From Minisyncoccota bacterium (GTDB taxonomy: Bacteria; Patescibacteriota; Minisyncoccia; Phycocordibacterales; Phycocordibacteraceae): a DNA stretch of 64,000 nt. A program made the translations under genes and the position numbers. The notes below the pieces were generated by a model. It was not told where the DNA came from, did not search any database, and was given only the letters and a program-made list of their open reading frames with translations. Where the stretch lies: contig DASWXP010000002.1 in the NCBI GenBank assembly GCA_036405415.1, forward strand, positions 492,450 through 556,449, given 5' to 3'. Shown here piece by piece: positions 55,380-64,000 of this stretch (its first letter is position 1; each line of letters begins with the position of its first letter).

Positions 55380-56835
55380 AATGAGAGTTTGATCCTAGCT
55401 CAGGATGAATGCTGGCTGTATGGATAAGGCATGCAAGTCGAACGGACCGCAAGGTCAGTGGCAGACGAGGTAGTAACACGTAGGTACGTACTCCCAAGTC
55501 CGGCATAGCTCGTCGAAAGACGGGGTAATTCCGGATGGTCCCGCAAGGGTAAAGATTTATCGCTTGGGAAGCGGCCTGCGTAGTATCAGCTAGTTGGTAG
55601 GGTAACGGCCTACCAAGGCTACGACGCTTAGGGGAGCTGAGAGGCTGACCCCCACCGATGGGACTGAGACACGGCCCATACTCCTACGGGAGGCCGCAGT
55701 CGAGAATCTTCCGCAATGGACGAAAGTCTGACGGAGCGATACAGCGTGATGGACGAAGTGCTTCGGTACGTAAACATCTTTTATGTGGGACGAAATTATT
55801 GACGGTACCACATGAATAAGGGGCTCCTAACTCTGTGCCAGCAGGAGCGGTAATACAGAGGCCCCGAGCATTATCCGGAATCATTGGGCGTAAAGGGTGT
55901 CAAGGCGGTCATGTTAGTCGTTCGTTAAATCCGGGAGCTCAACTTCCGGCCTGCGAGCGAAACGGCATGACTTGAGGGTGGGAGAGGTGCGTGGAACTCA
56001 CGGTGTAGGGGTGAAATCCGTTGATATCGTGGGGAACACCAAAGGCGAAGGCAGCGCACTGGCCCATTCCTGACGCTCACACACGAAAGCCAGGGTAGCG
56101 AATGGGATTAGATACCCCAGTAGTCCTGGCCCTAAACGTTGCTCGCTCGCTCTACGGAGTATCGACCCTCTGTGGGGCTAAGCTAACGCGGTAAGCGAGC
56201 CGCCTGGGTAGTACGAGCGCAAGCTTAAAACTCAAAGGAATAGACGGGGACTCGCACAAGTGGTGGATCATGTGGCTTAATTCGTAGCTAAGCGAAGAAC
56301 CTTACCAGGGCTAGAAACCAAGCTGCATCCGACCCGAAAGGGACGGAGCCTTCGAGGGTGCTTGGCAGGTGATGCATGGTCGTCGTCAGTTCGTGGCTTG
56401 AGCTGTTCCCTTCAGTGGGGTAACGAACGCAACCCTCGTTGTCTGTTATATATGTCAGGCGAGACTGCCCCCTCACGGGGGAGGAAGGTGAGGATGACGC
56501 CAGATCAGCATGTCCCTTGATGCCCTGGGCTGCACACGTGATACAATGGTTGGTACAGAAGGACGCAATACCGCAAGGTGGAGCAAATCCCCAAAACCAG
56601 CCCCAGTACGGATTGAGGTCTGCAACCGACCTCATGAAGCCGGAATCACTAGTAATCCTGGGTCAGCAATACCAGGGTGAATACGTTCTCGAGTCTTGTA
56701 CTCACCGCCCGTCAACTCAAGGAAGCTGGGGGTACCCGAAATCTTGGTTTATCCAGGACTACGGTAAATTCAGTGACAGGGAGTAAGTCGTAACAAGGCA
56801 CGGCTAGCGGAAGCTGGTCGTGGAACACATCCAAT
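55380..56835 (+). rRNA. rrs: 16S ribosomal RNA (divergent, about 1.45 kb)
   Basis: AGAGUUUGAUCCUAGCUCAG 5' end, recognisable 515, 785, 1100 and 1390 regions, and 3' GUCGUAACAAGGCACGGCUAGCGGAAGCUGGUCGUGGAACACAUCC. Confidence 0.85.
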
Positions 56836-57035
56836 CGGAACGAGAAATCAGAAATGATTCTCTCCGGTCGATCGCTTCTTCGGAAGTGAGGAGATGGTGC
56901 TGCGTCCTTAAACGCGCACTCGGACGCCGGAACAACGCACCGGTGAATGTTTGGAAGTCTCAATTGAACTTCCAAGCGTTCGAATAGGCGGAACACAAGA
57001 GTGCTTCATGTGCTTACCAACTGCATGCAAGAACG

Positions 57036-57087
57036 CTGTGTGGATCGATGCTCTTCGGAGGATCGATCCACACAGCGTTTTTTGCGT
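57036..57087 (+). terminator. strong intrinsic terminator about 200 nt after the 16S 3' end
   Basis: About 18-bp stem ctgtgtggatcgatgctc-ttcg-gaggatcgatccacacag (one mismatch) followed by cgttttttg. Confidence 0.7.
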
Positions 57088-57304
57088 TATGCGGGCTGGA
57101 GCGACAAGCGCTTCACGGCCCTGCGCCAGATGCGCATCTTATTCCGGTGCCGGCGGAGCTTCAGGGAAGGAGTCGAGCTCCGGAGGGCTCGGAGGCCTTT
57201 GGTCTCACGGGTAGTTCCGCGATGTACCATCGTTACTGGCACTATACCGTGGAGGATCCCTGCCACTGGAACGATATGGGGATTTCTGCTACTATCCGCA
57301 GGTC

Positions 57305-57380
57305 GCAAGTGTAGCTCAGTTGGTAGAGCACTCGACTGATACTCGAGCGGTCGTAGGTTCGAATCCTACCACTTGCACCA
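57305..57380 (+). tRNA. tRNA-Ile (anticodon GAT), CCA encoded
   Basis: Acceptor gcaagtg/cacttgc, anticodon loop cTGATac, T-loop ttcgaat, 3' acca. Followed by the terminator at 57383-57412. Confidence 0.85.
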
Positions 57381-57382
57381 GG

Positions 57383-57412
57383 AGGAAAAGCCGGCCAAGC
57401 GCCGGCTTTTCC
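57383..57412 (+). terminator. intrinsic terminator after tRNA-Ile
   Basis: aaaagccggc-caagc-gccggctttt. Confidence 0.6.
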
Positions 57413-57464
57413 TATACCCACCCGGAACTAGGGAGGCGCCCGCCTCCCGGTATACTTTCCTCAT

Positions 57465-57992
57465 ATGCGTTATTCCCTCATCGTGCTCGGTATCTGTCTT
57501 GCGGCCATCGTGGTCGGCGGGGCGCTCTATATGTACGGACCGGACGTGCTTCGCGAGAATCCGCTCAAGGAGAACGGCGCGAGTGCGCTTGGCGCGGACC
57601 TCGCCGAAGAGGTCTCGTTCTCGGTGCTTGCCGAAGGGCAGGATTCGCAGATCATGGAGCGCAAGAACTTCGCGGCGTACTCGCGCGAGGATTTCCAGGA
57701 TCTCTGGACGCGCGCATTCGGCGAGAACGCGCCAGCGCTCCCATCCGTTAACTTCGACGAGTCATACGTGATCGGCGTCTTCGCCGGGCAGAAGCCGTCG
57801 GGCGGGCACTCGATCGCAGTGTCGCGGGTCGTGGACGAGAACAGCGTGCGCAGCGTCGCTATCACGATTACGCGCCCCGGTGCCGGATGCGTCACCTCGC
57901 AGGCGCTCACGAGCCCGTACCAGTTCGTCGTGGTGCCGTTCTCGGACCGTCCGCTCGCTAAGACCGATCAGGAAGTCGAGGATTGCCTGTAG
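57465..57992 (+). CDS. hypothetical membrane-anchored protein
   Basis: 175 aa, N-terminal TM (LIVLGICLAAIVVGGALYMY), a periplasmic domain, no clear motif. Confidence 0.4.
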   Translation: MRYSLIVLGICLAAIVVGGALYMYGPDVLRENPLKENGASALGADLAEEVSFSVLAEGQDSQIMERKNFAAYSREDFQDLWTRAFGENAPALPSVNFDESYVIGVFAGQKPSGGHSIAVSRVVDENSVRSVAITITRPGAGCVTSQALTSPYQFVVVPFSDRPLAKTDQEVEDCL

Positions 57993-58027
57993 CTTGGCGT
58001 TTTGAGGGAATGCGCTAGGATTTCCCT

Positions 58028-59344
58028 GTGAACTACGCCTCCAATTTCAAAGGCAAGAGAATAACGGTTATGGGACTCGGCCTGTTGGGCCGGGCGGTGG
58101 GCGACGCCAGATTCCTCGCGTCCCATGGCGCAGAGCTCATCGTCACGGACCTGAAGTCTGCCGAGGATCTCGGGGATTCCGTAGCACAGCTCGCGGAGTT
58201 CCCGAACGTATCCTTCGTGCTCGGCGAACACCGGCTCGAGGATTTCCGGGACCGGGATTTCATACTCAAGGCAGCGGGCGTGCCGCTCCATTCCCCGTAT
58301 ATCGAGGAAGCGAAGAAGCACGGTATCCCTGTGAAGATGAGCGCGTCCTGGTTCATGGAGCTGTCTGATGTGCCGGTTGTGGGAGTTACGGGCACACGCG
58401 GCAAGTCGACGGTGACGCACATGATCCACGCGATCCTGGAGGAAGCCGGATGGCCGAACCTGCTCGGCGGGAACGTGCGCGGCGTCTCCACGCTCGCGCT
58501 TCTGGACGAAGCAAAGGACGATATGATCGCGCTCTTCGAGCTCGACTCCTGGCAGTTGCAGGGATTCGGGGACGCGAGGCTCTCGCCGGACGTTTCCGTG
58601 TTCACGACGTTCCTCGCGGACCATATGAACTACTACCCGGACATGGATACGTATCTGGCGGATAAGGCGAATATATTCCTCAATCAGGAAGCAACGGATA
58701 CGCTCGTGCTCGGGAGCCAGTGCGCAGAGCTCGTCGAAGAGAAGTACGGCGACCGGATCAAGGCGCACACCATCGTCGCAGGCGCGCATGACTTCCGCTC
58801 GGACTGGGAGCTCAAGGTCCCGGGAGAGCATAACCGGTACAATGCCGCGCTTGCGGTTGAGGCAGCGCGCGCGCTCGATATAGACGACGAGGTAATAGAG
58901 CGAGCGCTCGCGAACTTCCCGGGTGTCCAGGGGCGCCTCTCGCTCGTGCGTACCGTAGACGGTATCGATTTCTATAACGACACGAACTCCACGACCCCGG
59001 ACGCTACCATGGTCGCGCTTGAGGCGCTCAAGGAATCGAAGAAGCCGATAGTGCTCATTATGGGCGGTACAGACAAGGGTCTTGATATGAGCGCGCTCGT
59101 TGGCGTCCTTCCTAAAAGTACGAAGCATATCGCGCTCCTTGCGGGGACCGGTACGGAGCGTATCAAGGAAAGTCTCCCTGATGTTTCCATATTCGCTTCG
59201 CTCGAAGAAGCGCTTGGCGATGCACGCACGCATGCGGCTGCTGGCGATGCGATCGTCCTTTCTCCAGGGTTCGCATCGTTCGGCATGTTCAAGAACGAGT
59301 ATGATCGCGGGGACCGGTTCGAGGCGCTCGTGAACTCGCTCTAG
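58028..59344 (+). CDS. murD: UDP-N-acetylmuramoylalanine--D-glutamate ligase
   Basis: N-terminal Rossmann (KRITVMGLGLLGRAVGDARFLASHGAEL), Mur-ligase P-loop GVTGTRGKSTVTHMI, and a C-terminal domain. Confidence 0.8.
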   Translation: MNYASNFKGKRITVMGLGLLGRAVGDARFLASHGAELIVTDLKSAEDLGDSVAQLAEFPNVSFVLGEHRLEDFRDRDFILKAAGVPLHSPYIEEAKKHGIPVKMSASWFMELSDVPVVGVTGTRGKSTVTHMIHAILEEAGWPNLLGGNVRGVSTLALLDEAKDDMIALFELDSWQLQGFGDARLSPDVSVFTTFLADHMNYYPDMDTYLADKANIFLNQEATDTLVLGSQCAELVEEKYGDRIKAHTIVAGAHDFRSDWELKVPGEHNRYNAALAVEAARALDIDDEVIERALANFPGVQGRLSLVRTVDGIDFYNDTNSTTPDATMVALEALKESKKPIVLIMGGTDKGLDMSALVGVLPKSTKHIALLAGTGTERIKESLPDVSIFASLEEALGDARTHAAAGDAIVLSPGFASFGMFKNEYDRGDRFEALVNSL

Positions 59345-59345
59345 C

Positions 59346-60107
59346 ATGATCGGCATCTTCGATTCGGGCTCAGGAGGCCTTACGGTCCTGAAGGCCGTCC
59401 GTGACCGTCTACCGTCTACCGACGTGCTGTATTTCGGCGACATCAAATATGCGCCGTACGGGAACCGCTCCCGGGCGGAGATATCGCAGCGCACGATGTT
59501 CGCGGTGCGCACCCTCGTCGAACGCGGGGCGACGAGCCTCATAAGCGCCTGCAACAGCACCTCAGCATCGCTCGCTATCTCGCTTCTTGATTCCTTGGAC
59601 CTCAAGGCGGACAGCATCATCGAGATGGTGGGACCGACGGTATCAGAGTTTCGAGGTTCGTCCGCGCGGCTTCTCCTAGCTGCTACCGAAGCAACGATCC
59701 GCTCCGAGATATACCAGAACGCGTTCCTCATGATAGGGAAGGAGGTAGAGACGCTCACGATACCGGAACTTGCGGGCGCGATCGAGAAAGGCGCTCCCGA
59801 GGAGGAGCTCGAGCGCATCGTGCGAGATGCGTTCTCTTCGGTAGACACAAGAGACATAGACGCGGTCATACTCGCGTGCACGCACTATCCGCTCGCAGAG
59901 CGAGCCTTCAGGAAGGTGCTCGGAGACCGCATCGCGCTCGTCGATCCGGCCGAGGCGGTGGCTGACAGGGTAGAGCGGCTCTGGTGGCCGAAGGAGGTCC
60001 GGGACGGAAAGACCCGCTTCCTCATAACCGAGGATTCCGCGGTGTTCCGGGAGCGCGTACGGAAGCTCTTCCCAGGCGCCGAAACGGCGATAGAAGTGCT
60101 AGAGTAA
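59346..60107 (+). CDS. murI: glutamate racemase
   Basis: MIGIFDSGSGGLTVLKAV, second-Cys region ILACTHYPL. Confidence 0.85.
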   Translation: MIGIFDSGSGGLTVLKAVRDRLPSTDVLYFGDIKYAPYGNRSRAEISQRTMFAVRTLVERGATSLISACNSTSASLAISLLDSLDLKADSIIEMVGPTVSEFRGSSARLLLAATEATIRSEIYQNAFLMIGKEVETLTIPELAGAIEKGAPEEELERIVRDAFSSVDTRDIDAVILACTHYPLAERAFRKVLGDRIALVDPAEAVADRVERLWWPKEVRDGKTRFLITEDSAVFRERVRKLFPGAETAIEVLE

Positions 60108-60113
60108 CCGGGC

Positions 60114-61394
60114 ATGGAGGCTACATTCAGGAAAGCGCATATGGTGGGTATCGGCGGGATCGGCATGTCCGCGCTCGCGCAGCTCCTCGTGGATCAGGGG
60201 GTGGCGGTAACCGGTTCAGACCGGGACAGCAGCCCGGTTACGGAGCTCCTTGGCGCCAAGGGCATCATGGTAGCCATGCCGCAGCACGCGGCGAACGTGC
60301 CTGAAGACGCTGACGTCCTCGTCTACTCCGAGGCCGTTGCCGAGGACAATCCTGAGCGAGTGCGCGCACGAGAGCTCGGCATCCCGGAACGCTCCTATTT
60401 CGATATGCTCGGCGTCGTCTCAGAAGGGAAGCGGACCGTCGCGGTCGCAGGGACGCACGGAAAGACCACGACCGTGGGCATGCTGGCGCGGGTGCTCAAG
60501 GACGCGGGAGTCTCGCCGACGGCGATCGTGGGAAGCTTGGTGCGCGACTTCGGAAGCAACTATCTCCCGGGCACGTCGGACTGGTTCGTAGTGGAAGCGT
60601 GCGAATACAAGCGTGACTTCCTCACGCTCAGTCCCGAGGTGCTCGTTATAACGAACCTCGAGCTCGATCACACCGACTACTACAAGAACCTCGAGGACGT
60701 ACAGGCCGCGTTCCGTGAGCTCGCAGAGAAGGTGCCGGCGACAGGATACGTAATCACAGACCCGGCGCACTCGAACATCGCTCCTGTGCTCGAGGGCCTT
60801 TCTGCGACCGTCATCGACTACACCAAGGAACCTGTCTTCGAGTCCCGCTTCCCGGGAGAGCACAACAAGATGAACGCGCGTGCCGCAGCCGCAGCCGCAA
60901 GGGTCGTGGTGCCCGGTATAGCCGAGGGAACGCTCGCTGAATCGCTCAAGTCGTTCGAGGGCACGTGGCGCCGGTTCGAGTATCGGGGGAAGACGAAGCA
61001 GGGAGCTGACGTGTATGACGACTATGCGCATCATCCGACCGCGGTCCGAAAGACCGTAGCGGAACTCAAGGCGCGCACGAGCGGCAAGGTGTACGTCGCG
61101 TTCCACCCGCACCTCTTCAGCCGTACCCGCGACTTACTCGACGATTTCGCTACCGCATTCAAAGGAGCGGACAAGGCGTATATCGCGCCGATCTACGCGG
61201 CACGCGAGCCGGACGATGGGACGGTATCAAGCGCGCTCGTAGCCGAGCGCATACGCGAGAACGGCGTCGCTGCTGAAGCGGCTACGTTCGACGAGATATA
61301 CGAGGCGCTCAGCACGCTTCCCAAGGAAGGCGACGTGATCATGACGATGGGTGCAGGCGATATCTATAAGATCGCCGACAAGCTCACGCGATAG
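60114..61394 (+). CDS. murC: UDP-N-acetylmuramate--L-alanine ligase
   Basis: HMVGIGGIGMSALAQLLVDQGVAVTGSD, P-loop VAGTHGKTTTVGML, and Mur-ligase C-terminal domain. Confidence 0.85.
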   Translation: MEATFRKAHMVGIGGIGMSALAQLLVDQGVAVTGSDRDSSPVTELLGAKGIMVAMPQHAANVPEDADVLVYSEAVAEDNPERVRARELGIPERSYFDMLGVVSEGKRTVAVAGTHGKTTTVGMLARVLKDAGVSPTAIVGSLVRDFGSNYLPGTSDWFVVEACEYKRDFLTLSPEVLVITNLELDHTDYYKNLEDVQAAFRELAEKVPATGYVITDPAHSNIAPVLEGLSATVIDYTKEPVFESRFPGEHNKMNARAAAAAARVVVPGIAEGTLAESLKSFEGTWRRFEYRGKTKQGADVYDDYAHHPTAVRKTVAELKARTSGKVYVAFHPHLFSRTRDLLDDFATAFKGADKAYIAPIYAAREPDDGTVSSALVAERIRENGVAAEAATFDEIYEALSTLPKEGDVIMTMGAGDIYKIADKLTR

Positions 61395-61396
61395 CC

Positions 61397-62092
61397 ATGA
61401 ATCAGAACGAGCCAGGAACTCTCTCCGTTGTAGCCACCCCTATCGGCAATCTTGCCGACATCACGCTCCGCGCGCTCGATACGCTTCGTGCTGCGGACGC
61501 GATTGCCTGCGAGGATACGCGCGTTTCCGCGAAGCTCCTTGCGCGCTACGAGATCGAGAAGCCGCTCCTCATCTTCCATGCACAGAGCGGGCGCCAAGCA
61601 TACACCCGCATCTTGCAGATGCTCGCGGACGGGAAGCGCATCGCGCTTGTGACGGATGCCGGCACTCCAGGGATCTCAGATCCGGGAAGCGCGCTTGTGC
61701 GCGAGGTGCGCGATCGGCTCGGGGAGGATGCGCGTATCGAGGTTATCCCGGGACCAGCTGCCGTTACGGCCGCGCTTTCAATCGCGGGCGTCCCTACGGA
61801 CGAGTTCACATTCCTCGGCTTCCTGCCGCACAAGAAGGGAAGGCAGACCCTGTTCGCGGAGATCGCGGAGTCCTCGCGCACCATGGTGTTCTACGAGTCC
61901 CCGCACCGCATCGAGAAAGCGCTTGCCTCGCTTGCGGAAGCGCTTCCGGAAGGCCGGAAGGTGCTCGTATTCCGGGAACTTACGAAGATGTTCGAGGTAA
62001 CGGTCGAGGGGAGCGCGCTTGAGGTACAGGAGCATTTCAAGGCCCATCAGGACGAGGTGCGGGGCGAATTCGTGGTCGTCGTGGCGCCGTAG
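61397..62092 (+). CDS. rsmI: 16S rRNA (cytidine1402-2'-O)-methyltransferase RsmI (tetrapyrrole-methylase fold)
   Basis: LSVVATPIGNLADITLRALDTLRAADAIACEDTRVS and VTDAGTPGISDPG are canonical RsmI motifs. Confidence 0.8.
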   Translation: MNQNEPGTLSVVATPIGNLADITLRALDTLRAADAIACEDTRVSAKLLARYEIEKPLLIFHAQSGRQAYTRILQMLADGKRIALVTDAGTPGISDPGSALVREVRDRLGEDARIEVIPGPAAVTAALSIAGVPTDEFTFLGFLPHKKGRQTLFAEIAESSRTMVFYESPHRIEKALASLAEALPEGRKVLVFRELTKMFEVTVEGSALEVQEHFKAHQDEVRGEFVVVVAP

Positions 62093-62113
62093 ACGGTAGG
62101 GTATACTGGACCC

Positions 62114-62305
62114 ATGTCCAGAAGCCTGATGCTCATTATCCTCGGCGCGCTCGTGTTCGTGGCGCCGTTTTCAGGCCTTCCAATGAGCATCCTCGCATGG
62201 ATCCTCCCGGTATCCGGTCTCGCATTGGTTGCGATCGGCATCTCGTACCGAAGGAATCCGCCGGTGCGCCCGACTTATGAAGCAGATACGCACGCATCTC
62301 TCTAA
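62114..62305 (+). CDS. 63-aa small membrane protein (hypothetical, possibly leaderless)
   Basis: Two TM helices. TATACT at 62102-62107 ends 6 nt before the ATG, suggesting a leaderless transcript. Overlaps the next gene's start by 29 nt. Confidence 0.25.
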   Translation: MSRSLMLIILGALVFVAPFSGLPMSILAWILPVSGLALVAIGISYRRNPPVRPTYEADTHASL

Positions 62306-63359
62306 CCCGCTTGCGGTGATCTTAGGCGCAGGAGCGCTCGCGCTCCTGATGATCGTGCTCGTCATACCGCATGCGCTCGCGACGCGGTATGACCGCGATT
62401 CCGAGAATGCGACCTCTACGCTCGGCGTTCTCTTTAAGCAGGAACCTGAGAAGCCAGTGTTCGATGCGGAAGAATACGACCGCAAGATGCTCGCGCTTGC
62501 CAATTACGCGTCCACGACGTCTACGTCGACCCCACGTCTGTGGCCCGTGAAGGCGCCATATCCCAAAGAAGGAGCGCTCCTGCCGTATAACCGCATCATC
62601 GCGTACTACGGCAACTTCTATTCGACGAAGATGGGCGTGCTCGGCGAATATCCGGAAGCGCAGATGCTCTCGATGCTGAAGCGCGAGCAGGAGAATTGGG
62701 AGGCGGCAGATCCGACCACGCCGACCGTTCCTGCGATCAACTACATCGCCATAACCGCACAGGGCGCTCCAGGCAGGGAGGGGAACTACATGCTTCGCAT
62801 GCCGGACACCGAGATCGACAAGGCGCTCGCCATCGCGGCGAAGATCCCGAACGGCATCGTCATCCTCGATATCCAGATCGGCTTCTCGAATCTCGAGAAG
62901 GAGCTCCCGCTCCTTGAGAAGTACCTCGCCATGCCGAACGTGCACTTGGGGCTCGACCCCGAGTTCCATATGATCGGCGAGGACGCGCCCGGGCACGTTA
63001 TCGGCTCGTATGACGCGCGGCACATCAATTACGCGGCAGAGTACCTTGCGGATCTCGTGCGCAAGCACGACCTTCCGCCGAAGGTCATCATCGTGCACCG
63101 CTTCACGCAGAAGATGGTCACGAACTACCAGAATATAAAGCCTCTTCCTGAGGTGCAGATCGTGATGGATATGGACGGATGGGGACCGCCTGCGAAGAAG
63201 ATCAATACGTATAAGGCCTTCATCCAGCCTGAACCGGTCCAGTTCACCGGATTCAAGATCTTCTACAAGAATGACCTGAAGCCGCCGTCTGACAGGCTCC
63301 TCACTCCAGAGGACCTCCTGAAGCTCTCACCACGCCCGTCATTCATCCAGTATCAGTAA
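62277..63359 (+). CDS. hypothetical membrane-anchored protein (possible TIM-barrel glycoside-hydrolase-like domain)
   Basis: About 360 aa from the ATG at 62277 (MKQIRTHLSNPLAVILGAGALALLMIVLVI TM anchor). IVILDIQIGFSNLEKELPLL...HLGLDPEF suggests a beta/alpha barrel. No confident family. Confidence 0.4.
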   Translation: MKQIRTHLSNPLAVILGAGALALLMIVLVIPHALATRYDRDSENATSTLGVLFKQEPEKPVFDAEEYDRKMLALANYASTTSTSTPRLWPVKAPYPKEGALLPYNRIIAYYGNFYSTKMGVLGEYPEAQMLSMLKREQENWEAADPTTPTVPAINYIAITAQGAPGREGNYMLRMPDTEIDKALAIAAKIPNGIVILDIQIGFSNLEKELPLLEKYLAMPNVHLGLDPEFHMIGEDAPGHVIGSYDARHINYAAEYLADLVRKHDLPPKVIIVHRFTQKMVTNYQNIKPLPEVQIVMDMDGWGPPAKKINTYKAFIQPEPVQFTGFKIFYKNDLKPPSDRLLTPEDLLKLSPRPSFIQYQ

Positions 63360-63364
63360 GTCGC

Positions 63365-64000
63365 ATGATCCCTAACTCATCCCCCTGGCTCGCGCAGCTC
63401 AATCGCACGCGTCCTGCTATCCCGCTTTCTGAGAATCGCACCACAGACATCGCGATCGTGGGCGGCGGCATCGCTGGCGCTATTAGCGCGTACTTCACGC
63501 TCCGCGATACGCAGGAGCAGGTGATTGTGATCGAAGCGGACCGCGTGGCACACGGGGCGACAGGACATAACGCAGGGCAGATAACCTCATACTTCGAGCG
63601 TCCATTCGAGAGCATCGTGAAGGAGTTCGGGCTCGAGCTCGCCGCGGAAGGGCAGCAGGCCATCGAGAGTGCCTGGGGCCTTCTCGATGAGATCCTTGCT
63701 GAAGCGAAGCTTCGAACCCCGGTATATCGGTTCACAGGATACGCTGGCTGCTCCGAACTCTCGCAACTCGTCGAGCATCTGGAAGAGAACAAGGACCGTG
63801 CGGCCGCAGGGCTCGCTCCAGAGACTATCCTCATCGCCAAGGAGTCCGGATGGGACGAGTCGCTCCCTGATTTCTATGCCGACCTCTACGCGACCGTGCC
63901 GCAGACGGACCTGCTCGCGCTCCTTGAGACGAATGACGTGCGCTACATGGCGTGCGTCGCGAGCCAGAAGGGTTGCATGAACAGCGCCCTGTTCACGGAA
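63365..64000 (+). CDS. FAD-dependent oxidoreductase (DadA/glycine-oxidase-like), 3'-truncated by window end
   Basis: Dinucleotide-binding motif DIAIVGGGIAGAISAY within 25 aa of the start. Open through 64000. The antisense ORF 63343-63840 is spurious. Confidence 0.6.
   Translation, partial: MIPNSSPWLAQLNRTRPAIPLSENRTTDIAIVGGGIAGAISAYFTLRDTQEQVIVIEADRVAHGATGHNAGQITSYFERPFESIVKEFGLELAAEGQQAIESAWGLLDEILAEAKLRTPVYRFTGYAGCSELSQLVEHLEENKDRAAAGLAPETILIAKESGWDESLPDFYADLYATVPQTDLLALLETNDVRYMACVASQKGCMNSALFTE

Overview
This is a high-GC (about 60-65%), gene-dense bacterial window made up almost entirely of housekeeping genes. Small overlaps between adjacent genes are common (ATGA-type junctions) and most start codons lack a Shine-Dalgarno motif. 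Taken together with a very divergent 16S rRNA, a 23S rRNA interrupted by two intron-like insertions and physically unlinked rRNA genes, this suggests, by inference only, a streamlined Candidate-Phyla-Radiation-like (Parcubacteria-like) bacterium.

Content in order:
- pilM-pilN-pilO type IV pilus assembly genes, followed by a tRNA cluster (Arg-TCT, Leu-CAG, Val-TAC), acyP, uppS, an RluA-family pseudouridine synthase and rplS.
- tRNA-Leu(GAG) and tRNA-His, then mscL, a SIMPL-domain protein, and secE-nusG-rplK.
- A thymidylate-cycle cluster: HAD nucleotidase-like gene, folA, dcd, thyA, tmk and glyA.
- argS, then an ileS carrying an in-frame histidine-phosphatase domain insertion, recO, glyQS, an AI-2E permease, metG and tatD.
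- rpsF-ssb-rpsR, efp, an ECF sigma factor with a putative anti-sigma factor, recA and ftsK.
- A roughly 550-nt structured non-coding region upstream of a large acidic peptidoglycan-binding surface protein.
- rplJ-rplL, then a 23S-5S rRNA unit with its own promoter; the 23S carries two ORF-less group-I-like introns at the classic L1931 and about L2593 sites.
- A cell-envelope block (ftsW/rodA, GT4 glycosyltransferase, polyprenyl-phosphate sugar transferase, epimerase), folD, secD, secF, a P-loop kinase, a NUDIX hydrolase and pyrH.
- A separate 16S rRNA about 11 kb downstream of the 23S-5S unit, with its own promoter and a strong terminator, then tRNA-Ile.
- murD-murI-murC, rsmI and a 3'-truncated FAD-dependent oxidoreductase.

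No CRISPR array, IS element or prophage is evident. The most unusual items are the chimeric IleRS, non-canonical HIGH motifs in IleRS and MetRS, the intron-containing and unlinked rRNA genes, and two structured non-coding regions of unknown function.
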